Source of the DNA: a virus | Strand: one strand, 5' to 3' | IMG/VR virus record: IMGVR_UViG_3300035703_002363 | Location: 1 to 16,233 of that record | Length of the DNA: 16,233 nt | Shown: in pieces, positions 1 to 6,290 of the stretch | Layout of the letters: the number at the start of each line of letters is the position of its first letter | How positions within the stretch are numbered: the stretch's first letter is position 1 | Notes under the pieces: model-generated | Told to the model about the DNA's origin: nothing | The model's database searches: none | Seen by the model: the letters and a program-made list of their open reading frames with translations, nothing else | Position numbers and translations under genes: made by a program

Positions 1-127
1 GGGGGACCACGGGGGCGGCGGCCTGGGTGGGGGTGCCGGTTGCGGCGAGGTCGGCGACGGGCGCCGGGTCGCTGTTGCCGGTGACCTCGGCGCGCTGGGC
101 GGCGAGGTGGGCCTGGAGCTGCTCGTC
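1..127. repeat. Terminal overlap copy 1 (identical to 16107-16233); most likely an assembly circularisation overlap
   Basis: Base-by-base comparison shows 1-127 equals 16107-16233 exactly. The match stops at 16106. 127 is a common maximal assembler k-mer. Confidence 0.9.
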
Positions 128-784
128 GTGCTGCTCCTTGGTGATGGTGCCCGCGCGGAGAGCCGCGGCGAGCTGTGCGGGGTTCATGTGGTGCTCCTTT
201 TCAGGGTCGGTGATGATGGTCGCGGAGATGCTGCTGACTCCCGCTTCGGCGACGGCAGGGACCGCGCAGAGGGAGAGCTCGTACCAGTCCGCGCGAAGAA
301 CGTGAAGGTTCCAGTCCTCGTCGAACTCGTAGTCGTAGATGGAGAAGCCGACGGAGACGCCGTCGCGCAGCTTCTGCTCGTATTCGGTTTTGACTCGCTC
401 GGCCTCGGAGTCGGCGATCTCGAAGCTGGCCGACTGCACGGCGTCGTCGACCTCGATGCAGTAGCCGACGGGCTGCGCGTGGTCGTGGTCGCGCAGCATC
501 TTGACCGCCGAGAGGGGCGTGCGGGGCACGAGGGCACCGGCGTGGATGATGGCGCCGTGCGACTCGATGAGCTCGTCGTAGCGGGTGATCGTGTCGCACT
601 TGACGGTGAGTTTTCCGTTGCCGTCGACGGCGAGGGTCACGGGGCGCGCGGCGGTGCGCAGGCTGATCTCGGGAAGCTTGGTGAGAGTGCCGGCGGCGAG
701 TTCCGTGCAGGCCTGCACGTAGCGGGGGCCGGTGAGGAGCCCGGCGCGGTTGAGGGCGTCGAGTTGGCGGCGGTTGGGTTTCAC
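1..784 (-). CDS. 5' part of a 594-aa prohead protease (HK97/S78 family)-major capsid fusion ORF, join(15106..16106,1..784) on the circle
   Basis: Absent from the ORF track because it runs off the window edge. Manual minus-strand translation from GTG 784-782 (GTGA overlap with portal stop) is open down to position 1: VKPNRRQLDALNRAG...SAVKMLRDHDHAQPVGYCIEV...KLRDGVSVGFSIYDYEF...ADWYELSLCAVPA... It shows the His motif (HD..PVG) and the GxSxGF Ser motif of HK97-type proteases. The frame (position mod 3 = 1) matches the GTG at 10, which equals 16116. Confidence 0.85.
   Translation of the reverse strand, partial: MKPNRRQLDALNRAGLLTGPRYVQACTELAAGTLTKLPEISLRTAARPVTLAVDGNGKLTVKCDTITRYDELIESHGAIIHAGALVPRTPLSAVKMLRDHDHAQPVGYCIEVDDAVQSASFEIADSEAERVKTEYEQKLRDGVSVGFSIYDYEFDEDWNLHVLRADWYELSLCAVPAVAEAGVSSISATIITDPEKEHHMNPAQLAAALRAGTITKEQHDEQLQAHLAAQRAEVTGNSDPAPVADLAATGTPTQAAAPVVP
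185..199 (-). promoter_or_regulatory. Internal ribosome-binding site plus in-frame ATG at the protease/capsid boundary
   Basis: Minus strand reads GAAAAGGAGCACCACATG. AAGGAG lies at 199->194, a 6-nt spacer follows, and ATG lies at 187->185 in the fusion ORF frame. Translation then reads MNPAQLAAALRAGTITKEQHDEQLQ... (395 aa to the stop at 15106). Confidence 0.6.
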
Positions 785-1905
785 GGGGTCTCCTGCGTGG
801 TCGGGGTCCAGCCCTCTTGAGCTGCGATCCAGTCGGTCGTGATGTAGCCGCCCTCGAGGCCGAGGTTGTAGGTCTCGAAGCGGGTCTTTTGGTCGGGGCG
901 GGTGAGGGAGTCGATGTCGATCTCGACCTGCCATCCGCGCGGGGTCACGTCTGACATCGAGAGGCGGTCTTTCACTGCCTGGTGGAACGGCGCGAGGCTG
1001 AGGTCGATGAGTTCCCAGTTGCGGAGGCTGCGGTTGTCATAGGTGAGCGTCGCGCCGTCGACGGCCGTGGATGCCGCCCATGCCGGGAGGGACATGTGGC
1101 GCACGAGTTCGAGGCTGAGAGCTCGGCGCCCCTCGATGAGCAGCTGCGGGGTGTGCTGGCCGTGGGCGATGGCCTTGAGGTTCTTGGAGGTGTAGGCGAC
1201 GCCGGTCTGCTTGCGTCGGGTGGTCCATCGCTCCATGAGCGCGTCGATCTGTGTGTCGTCGAGGTCGGGGCCTTCGTTGTGGAGCTCGAAGGCGGGGACG
1301 GGGTTGTCTTCGGCTAGGGCTGCGGCGAGTTCGATCGCCATGCCTCGGCGGATGGTCTTGTTCGCACGGTCGAGCAGACCTTCGCCGTGGGGTGAGTCGA
1401 ACCGAATGACATCGCGCGGTGCGATGGGCGTGGTGCCGTCGTGGGTGATGGTCGTGCCGTCGGCGCTGGGTCGGGCGTTGCCGGGCGAGACGCGCAGGAC
1501 CTTGGATGGCCAGTCGTAAGAGTCGCGTTCGATGACGCGCCACCAAGCGACGCCGTAGAAGAGCAGGTCGTCGTAGAGCCAGGTGTAGGTGATGCTGCGG
1601 GGGATGCCGGGCTCGGGTTGCTGGAAGAGTGCGGGCTGGCGGGGCGCTCGGGCGCCGTTGATCTTCAGGTAGTGCTCGAGTCGACCGCAGGTGCCGGCGA
1701 TGACCTGGCGGCCGGTGGCGACGGTGCCGATGGTGAGGGCGTTGCGGCGACTGACGGGGATGTAGTCGCCGAGTTCGTAGAGTTCGGCAAGAGTGACGAC
1801 GGAGAGGATGTCGTCGGCGCGCCAGGGTGAGGCGACGCCGAGGCGCTGTGTGCGGCGCGGCGTGAGGCCGATGCGGTTGGCGAGGCGAGCGAGAGGTCCG
1901 GGCAC
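781..1905 (-). CDS. Portal protein (HK97-family-like)
   Basis: 374-aa ORF between TerL and the protease-capsid gene. Portal-like sequence: ...TYTWLYDDLLFYGVAWWRVIERD... The only in-frame start after an upstream TGA is GTG at 1905. Confidence 0.85.
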   Translation of the reverse strand: MPGPLARLANRIGLTPRRTQRLGVASPWRADDILSVVTLAELYELGDYIPVSRRNALTIGTVATGRQVIAGTCGRLEHYLKINGARAPRQPALFQQPEPGIPRSITYTWLYDDLLFYGVAWWRVIERDSYDWPSKVLRVSPGNARPSADGTTITHDGTTPIAPRDVIRFDSPHGEGLLDRANKTIRRGMAIELAAALAEDNPVPAFELHNEGPDLDDTQIDALMERWTTRRKQTGVAYTSKNLKAIAHGQHTPQLLIEGRRALSLELVRHMSLPAWAASTAVDGATLTYDNRSLRNWELIDLSLAPFHQAVKDRLSMSDVTPRGWQVEIDIDSLTRPDQKTRFETYNLGLEGGYITTDWIAAQEGWTPTTQETP

Positions 1906-1972
1906 GTGGCCAGGGTGAACGATCTGTCAAGAACTCGCACATTGCACGGCGTGTCGCGGCAACTTTGCGCAC

Positions 1973-3457
1973 TTAGTAGACGCGGGCGGTTTCTGCCGGC
2001 GCTCCTCGGTGGTCGTAGAGCCAGATGCCGACGGCTGAGCCGATCGGGAAGATGATGGGGCCGGTCGATTCTGATCGTGAGAATCGAGTGAGGTCGCCGA
2101 CGCGCTTGAGCACGAGGTGGGCGAGGCCGAGGGTCATGGTGCGGGATCCATCGAGCTTGAGTTGGCGATCGCGGAACATGGTCACCCAGCCTTCGCAGCT
2201 GGTGCCGAAGTCTCGCGCGCCGACGGTGGTGATGGCTTCGTCGCCGAGGGTGCGGCGTAGTTGATCGGTGAGTCGTCGTGTTGCGCCGCCGTCATCGCCG
2301 CCGACGACGATGGGCGCGTGCTTGTGCACGAGGTCGACGATGTAGTCATGCATCCACATCGAGCCGGGCGCGACGTGCAGCACGCGGGTCACGGGTGCGT
2401 CGTCGATGTCGCGCCAGGTGGCAAACACGCCGCCGAGCTCATTGTCGGGCGCGATCTCGTAGGTGAGCGCGATCTCGGAGAGGCTCGGGATGCTCTCGGG
2501 GTCGCGGGTGTTGGCGGTGACCTCTTCGCTGCTGAACAGGGGGTCGGATGCTTCGAGCCAGACGTTGCAGAATGCACGCAGCCACGTCGCGCGCGAGACC
2601 TGCCCGCTGATCTCCATGAGCGCGTCGAGCGACATCGTGTGCCCGACTGCAGGGTGGAATGCGGCGATCGCGCGGCGGTCGTATGGGTCTGCGCCGTCGG
2701 GCAGTGCGGCCTCGAAGTAGGCGAGGCGCTGGTTGCTGCCGGGCTTGAGCACCGACTCGCGGCCACGCTCGACCCACTTGCGCATGAACGTCGAGCGGGC
2801 ATCGCCCGCGGTGGAGAGCAGCCATATCTGTCGCTGCCCTGCGAGGGTCACCTGAGCGGGAATGATGGCGCCCTCGAGTATCGCGTCGCCGAGGGCTTCG
2901 TCGAGTTCCCAGATTTCATCCATGCCGACGAGGGGCGGGGTCTCGCCGTGGAGGGCTGCGACGACGGGGGCGAATAGCTTGAGTGCTGAGCCGTTCGGGA
3001 ACAGGATGCCCTCGTCGCCTGCCGAGTATCGGTAGCGGAGCATGCTGTCGAGGGGCGAGTCCTGCACGAGTGAGACGAGGTCGCCGAATCGTGAGCGTGC
3101 GTCTTTGCCGGTTTGCGCCGTGTAGAACGTCTTGATGGCGGGCATCGTGATGCATCGGTCGAGCTGCACGGGCCCGTAGAGCGTGGTCTTGCCGGATTGG
3201 CGGGGAACGGTGACGAACACGATCTCGTAGACGAGCTCGCCGAACGAGCCGCGCTCGAGCGCGGTATCCCAGACTTGCCGCTGCCAGGGCATGCCGGGCT
3301 TGCCGATTCCGGCCGCGATCTTGGCCACTCTGCCGCCGTCGGTTCGGGCGCCGGCGTTGCGAGGGGTGGCGTATTTGAAGCCGCTCCACTGGATGCACTC
3401 GTCGTCGTGCCCGGGTTCGAGCACGCAGTCGTCGAGTGCGCAGCGTGGCACGGTCAC
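1973..3457 (-). CDS. terL: Terminase large subunit
   Basis: Trimmed from track ORF 1973..3988 to GTG 3457, which overlaps the upstream stop as GTGA (494 aa). Walker A motif VTVPRQSGKTT is present, followed by the ...LVGMDEIWE... Walker B region and a C-terminal nuclease-like half. The upstream extension is Arg/Pro-rich out-of-frame-type sequence overlapping TerS and HNH. Confidence 0.93.
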   Translation of the reverse strand: MTVPRCALDDCVLEPGHDDECIQWSGFKYATPRNAGARTDGGRVAKIAAGIGKPGMPWQRQVWDTALERGSFGELVYEIVFVTVPRQSGKTTLYGPVQLDRCITMPAIKTFYTAQTGKDARSRFGDLVSLVQDSPLDSMLRYRYSAGDEGILFPNGSALKLFAPVVAALHGETPPLVGMDEIWELDEALGDAILEGAIIPAQVTLAGQRQIWLLSTAGDARSTFMRKWVERGRESVLKPGSNQRLAYFEAALPDGADPYDRRAIAAFHPAVGHTMSLDALMEISGQVSRATWLRAFCNVWLEASDPLFSSEEVTANTRDPESIPSLSEIALTYEIAPDNELGGVFATWRDIDDAPVTRVLHVAPGSMWMHDYIVDLVHKHAPIVVGGDDGGATRRLTDQLRRTLGDEAITTVGARDFGTSCEGWVTMFRDRQLKLDGSRTMTLGLAHLVLKRVGDLTRFSRSESTGPIIFPIGSAVGIWLYDHRGAPAETARVY

Positions 3458-3777
3458 GCGCTGTCTTTCAGGCTGTCGACGAACGCATCGAACCGATCCA
3501 TGATGTCTTTGTCGGCGGGTGCGGGTAGTGCCATGAGGGTCTCGCGCAGCTGGGCGGCTGCCATGGCGGCGGCGGATGCTCGGCCGCGGCTGTTGCCGTG
3601 GGCGACGGCGTCGGCGAGCTCGAGCGCGAGTTGGGCCAGGCCAGCGTGCCGAGGTTGGAGCAGCTTGTCGTCGTGCAGGGCTTGGATCGTGGTGATGACG
3701 GCGTCGCGGAGGGCGCTTTGACGTGAGCCGAGTTCTAGGCCGTCGAGCATCGGCTGGTTCGGGTTGTCGGTCGTCAT
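3454..3777 (-). CDS. Putative terminase small subunit
   Basis: 107-aa helical protein immediately upstream of TerL and translationally coupled to it. Called from position and composition only. Confidence 0.5.
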   Translation of the reverse strand: MTTDNPNQPMLDGLELGSRQSALRDAVITTIQALHDDKLLQPRHAGLAQLALELADAVAHGNSRGRASAAAMAAAQLRETLMALPAPADKDIMDRFDAFVDSLKDSA

Positions 3778-3860
3778 CGTTTTCTCGTCTTGGTCGTTTT
3801 CGGGGTTTTTCTGGGCGGTGTGGGGAGAAATGGAAGGGGCTGCGCGCGGGTTTCCAGGGG
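3778..3860. other. Non-coding gap between HNH and TerS; candidate cos/packaging-site region
   Basis: The largest non-coding gap in the late region. It is locally T-tract rich (tttt 3780-3783, tttt 3797-3800, ttttt 3806-3810). In HNH-dependent cos phages the HNH gene sits at one genome end and terS at the other. Confidence 0.25.
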
Positions 3861-4163
3861 CTAGCGGCTAAAGAACGCGAGGCCGTCCTCCACGATGTGG
3901 TTGGCATCGGTGGCGTCGCGATTGCCTCGTGCGCTGTTGCATGAGCGGTGTGAGGGTCCGAGGTTGACGAGGTCGTAGACCGCGCCACCCTTGGAGCGGG
4001 GGATGATGTGGTCGGCGCTGTTCGACCCGGGCAGACCGCAGAGCCAGCACGTCGTGCCGTACTCGGCGAGTGTCATGCGCACGTACTGCTGAGCCTTCCG
4101 GCCACCCCACTTCTCTTCGGGTGCTTCGGGGTCTGCGTACCTGCCCGGGCCTCGGCGGATCAC
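3861..4163 (-). CDS. HNH endonuclease (terminase-associated type)
   Basis: 100 aa with CWLCG...ADHIIPRSKGG...NLGPSHRSCNSARGN (CxxC, DH, N and HxxCN elements of the HNH fold). GTG start overlaps the upstream stop as GTGA. Confidence 0.9.
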   Translation of the reverse strand: MIRRGPGRYADPEAPEEKWGGRKAQQYVRMTLAEYGTTCWLCGLPGSNSADHIIPRSKGGAVYDLVNLGPSHRSCNSARGNRDATDANHIVEDGLAFFSR

Positions 4164-4339
4164 AGTGCGTCGCCGCTTGCCCGTCGCCAGGTCGTGCCGC
4201 TCTCAGCGTCGAGGTGCTGGTCGTCATGCCCTGCGTGGAGTTGACAGGTGACGGTGCGACCTCGACGGAACGCGGTGGCGCCGCATGCTGTGAATGGCTT
4301 GGGCTTGGGCGGTGCCTTCGGCTTCGGCTTGGTGGTCAT
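4160..4339 (-). CDS. Small hypothetical protein (59 aa), Lys/Pro-rich N-terminus plus C-X12-C-X2-H-X2-H zinc-finger-like motif
   Basis: Below the track size cutoff. Manual translation: MTTKPKPKAPPKPKPFTACGATAFRRGRTVTCQLHAGHDDQHLDAESGTTWRRASGDAL. ATGA coupling at 4336-4339, an AAGGAAGGA SD upstream, and high GC3. Confidence 0.55.
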   Translation of the reverse strand: MTTKPKPKAPPKPKPFTACGATAFRRGRTVTCQLHAGHDDQHLDAESGTTWRRASGDAL

Positions 4340-4659
4340 GCTGGTGTTCCTTCCTTGGTTGAGCGGCGTGAGGCTCGGCGCTCGTGCACGATGCGATCGG
4401 CATGCTCGGCCATGGCTTCACGTTGCTCGGGGTGGGCGGCGAGGTAGTTCAGGGAGTTGGCCTTGACGATGACGAGGAACGCGATCGCCTGTTCGCCTGG
4501 GCTCATGCGCAGGTAGTCGCCGAGAATGTTGATGGCCTCGGTGTCGTATCGGCCTGGCTCGAGCGTTTCTTCCATCAGCTGCGCGGCGACGGCTCGTTGC
4601 AGGATCTTCTCTGTGCGGCTCTCGACCTCGGCGAGGTGCTGCGTGTGGTCGATGGTCAT
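4336..4659 (-). CDS. Hypothetical protein (107 aa)
   Basis: C-terminal part of track ORF 4336..4794, starting at MTIDHTQHLAEVESR... ATGA overlap with the upstream stop at 4656-4659. Confidence 0.6.
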   Translation of the reverse strand: MTIDHTQHLAEVESRTEKILQRAVAAQLMEETLEPGRYDTEAINILGDYLRMSPGEQAIAFLVIVKANSLNYLAAHPEQREAMAEHADRIVHERRASRRSTKEGTPA

Positions 4660-4886
4660 GCGGCTCGCACCTCGATGAGGCTTGTGATGCCAGCACGGGG
4701 CCAGGTCACGCCGCCGCCCTGGTGGTTGCCGACGTGCATGACGGGCAGGGTGCAGGTGACTCGGACGCTGGCCGTGATGCTGGTGATGCCGCATCGTGCT
4801 TTGCCGCGGCGGGCGTGTGGGGTGTCGAGTTCGGGCAGGTCGTCGCGGCTGTTGACGGCGGCGCGTGCGCGTTCGAGGTGGCTCAT
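4656..4886 (-). CDS. Hypothetical protein (76 aa)
   Basis: C-terminal part of track ORF 4656..5066, starting at MSHLERARAAVNSRDDLPEL... ATGA overlap at 4883-4886. Confidence 0.55.
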   Translation of the reverse strand: MSHLERARAAVNSRDDLPELDTPHARRGKARCGITSITASVRVTCTLPVMHVGNHQGGGVTWPRAGITSLIEVRAA

Positions 4887-5179
4887 GCTGCGGTGCCTTC
4901 CTGCTGGAGTTCCGGGGTGCGGATGAGGGTTGCTGTCACGAGTGCGTCGATCGCGGCGTGGTAGATCGCGTCGGCTGCGTCGATGGTGGGTTGGACCGCT
5001 GACATGGCGAGCGAGGTGGCCGGAATCTTGGCGAGGTTGCCGACGCTGATCGCGGCGGCTGCGCATTGCTGCGCGGCTCGTGTGAGGGCGGCGCGTCGTT
5101 CGGCCGGGTGGCGGCTGGCCTCGTCGATGAGTTCGGATGCGATGAAGCGCAGGCGGCTCGCGGGTGCGGTGATGTTCAT
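4883..5179 (-). CDS. Hypothetical protein (98 aa)
   Basis: Track ORF with ATGA coupling at both ends. Ala-rich helical sequence. Confidence 0.6.
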   Translation of the reverse strand: MNITAPASRLRFIASELIDEASRHPAERRAALTRAAQQCAAAAISVGNLAKIPATSLAMSAVQPTIDAADAIYHAAIDALVTATLIRTPELQQEGTAA

Positions 5180-5511
5180 GCGGCTGCCTCCTGGCTGCTC
5201 TTGTTGGTGATCTGGTGCCAGTGGTTGGCGACGGTCGAGCGAGAGACGCCGATGGTCACTGCGATCTCGACTTGGCTGTAGCCGAGTTCGGCGAGCTGGC
5301 GTGCGTAGCCCATGCGTTCGTCAGTCATGCGAACCCACGTGCGTCGTCGCTCGGGTGCAGTCGGCGGGGTGCTGGGGCGCTTGACGGACTCGATGGCTTT
5401 GGCTGCGATCAAGCCGCCGACATCCGTGCCCTGCTCTCGTGCGGGGCGCTCCCAGGCTCGGTAGACCGATGCGGGAATGCTCACCCTGACGGTGATCGTG
5501 TCCTCGGTCAT
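5176..5511 (-). CDS. DNA-binding protein, RHH-like N-terminus plus HTH C-terminus (possible Cro/early regulator)
   Basis: N-terminus ITVRVSIPASVYRAWERPAREQG resembles a ribbon-helix-helix strand and helix. C-terminus YARQLAELGYSQVEIAVTIGVSRSTVANHW is a clear helix-turn-helix. Confidence 0.65.
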   Translation of the reverse strand: MTEDTITVRVSIPASVYRAWERPAREQGTDVGGLIAAKAIESVKRPSTPPTAPERRRTWVRMTDERMGYARQLAELGYSQVEIAVTIGVSRSTVANHWHQITNKSSQEAAA

Positions 5512-6074
5512 GCGCTCACCCGCTCTCGAAGGTCAGCGCCGCAGTTCAGACAGCATCCGGTGTCGAGTCGCACGTGCTCGCCCGTGGGCGAGATACGTGC
5601 CGAGACGGGGCACTCGCGCGCGCGCGCGAGATGGTGAGGTTCTTTGTTAAGTCTTGTGGTTGGTTTAGTGGATGGTTCGGGTGTCGCTACCGACACCCCA
5701 CTCGCGTCGGATTCGACACCGGGTGTCGGATTCGACACCCCTCCTTCGAACAAGTTGAGACGAGCTGCAGAACGGTGACGGTGGTTCTTTGACCGGTCGC
5801 ACGTGGAGGGGCATTCGAGAATGACCCGATAGAGGTTTGGGCGGTGGCTGTCGGCGATTGAGCTGGGCCCGCCGCCTTGTAGCACGACCTCGATCTCGCG
5901 CAGTCGCACGAGAGTCTCGATGGCCTTCTGCACGTTGCGACGGGTGACGTTGGCGTATCGGGCAAGCGTGTCGATCGAAGGCCAAGCGCCACCGTCGCCG
6001 TCGTGGTTGGCGATGCCGAGCAACACGACCTTGGCGGTAGCAGTGGCTCGACTGTGGTGGAGGCACACGGTCAT
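5508..6074 (-). CDS. Winged-HTH DNA-binding protein, putative replication initiator (lambda O-like logic)
   Basis: Trimmed to ATG 6074 (188 aa). N-terminus AKVVLLGIANHDGDGGAWPSIDTLARYANVTRRNVQKAIETLVRLREIEVV...RPNLYRV is a wHTH of the type seen in phage/plasmid initiator-like proteins. A palindrome array and an AT-rich patch lie in the linker region. The C-terminus is Cys-rich (CPVS...CCLNC). Confidence 0.6.
   Translation of the reverse strand: MTVCLHHSRATATAKVVLLGIANHDGDGGAWPSIDTLARYANVTRRNVQKAIETLVRLREIEVVLQGGGPSSIADSHRPNLYRVILECPSTCDRSKNHRHRSAARLNLFEGGVSNPTPGVESDASGVSVATPEPSTKPTTRLNKEPHHLARARECPVSARISPTGEHVRLDTGCCLNCGADLRERVSA
5679..5740. repeat. Cluster of three related palindromic sites (iteron-like) inside the initiator-like gene
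   Basis: 5679-5698 reads GGGTGTCGctacCGACACCC. 5721-5740 reads GGGTGTCGgattCGACACCC. A degenerate copy lies at 5702-5720 (tcgcGTCGgattCGACACC). A 15-nt direct repeat gtcggattcgacacc occurs at 5706-5720 and 5725-5739. Confidence 0.85.
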
Positions 6075-6085
6075 GGATTCGACGC

Positions 6086-6202
6086 TCACGGCACGATCTG
6101 CCAGTTGATGAGGGCGAGCATCCAGAACACGGCGGCGATTGAGAACGCAGCCACGGTGAGAGTGCTGATGACGAGCGCCGGGTGAGGGGTCTTCTGCTTC
6201 AT
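6086..6202 (-). CDS. Small membrane peptide (38 aa, one TM helix), first ORF of the leftward operon
   Basis: Not in the track. Manual translation: MKQKTPHPALVISTLTVAAFSIAAVFWMLALINWQIVP. High GC3. The ATG sits 7 nt downstream of a candidate -10, so the transcript looks leaderless. Confidence 0.5.
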   Translation of the reverse strand: MKQKTPHPALVISTLTVAAFSIAAVFWMLALINWQIVP

Positions 6203-6290
6203 GCGGCCATGATGGCACATTTCACCACTCTGACAAATGCAGATTTGGCGGCGTGTTGTGCAGAGGGTGGCAATCTGCCAAACTTCTCAC
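6203..6290. promoter_or_regulatory. Divergent early/immunity control region with candidate promoters and a palindromic operator
   Basis: Non-coding and locally lower in GC. Leftward: TTGTCA (rc of 6231-6236), 16 nt, then CATCAT (rc of 6209-6214), 6 nt before ATG 6202. Rightward: TTGTGC 6256-6261, 18 nt, then AAACTT 6280-6285, 5 nt before ATG 6291. Palindrome TGGCAatcTGCCA at 6268-6280. Confidence 0.3.

Noticed and set aside
1-127. 127-bp identical window ends as a biological direct terminal repeat or LTR
   Set aside because: The repeat lies in the middle of the capsid coding region and is exactly 127 bp, a typical assembler k-mer overlap. Merging the copies restores one continuous ORF. The adjacent HNH and terminase genes point to cos packaging elsewhere. 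A headful-type terminal redundancy cannot be fully excluded from sequence alone.
107-820. 237-aa plus-strand ORF (plus 27..305+, 184..537- and 201..599-) overlapping the first 800 bp
   Set aside because: Gly/Asp/Val- or Arg/Pro/Ser-rich sequences typical of out-of-frame or antisense shadow ORFs in high-GC DNA. The minus frame with position mod 3 = 1 gives a clean protease-capsid translation with recognisable motifs and GTGA coupling to the portal gene.
1037-1972. 311-aa minus ORF overlapping the portal gene
   Set aside because: Extremely Arg/Pro/His-rich out-of-frame translation of the portal coding region. No independent support.
1906-1972. 67-bp lower-GC gap between TerL and portal containing a perfect TTGACA (rc of 1925-1930)
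   Set aside because: No acceptable -10 at 16-19 bp spacing and no clear inverted repeat. Could still be a weak internal promoter or a packaging-related site, but there is not enough evidence to call it.
1973-3988. Long N-terminal extensions of track ORFs (1973..3988, 12015..13514, 10478..12223, 14314..14991, 4336..4794, 4656..5066, 8617..8931, 5508..6218, 6413..6853, 7380..7811)
   Set aside because: The extensions are Arg/Pro/His-rich, overlap well-supported upstream genes in another frame, and end where an ATG or GTG overlaps the upstream stop codon. All were trimmed to the coupled starts.
5679-5740. Short repeat cluster as a mini CRISPR array or MITE
   Set aside because: Only two or three copies, each internally palindromic, with 19-23 bp spacing, lying inside a coding region. 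No cas genes or terminal-inverted-repeat plus target-duplication structure. Better explained as protein-binding iterons.
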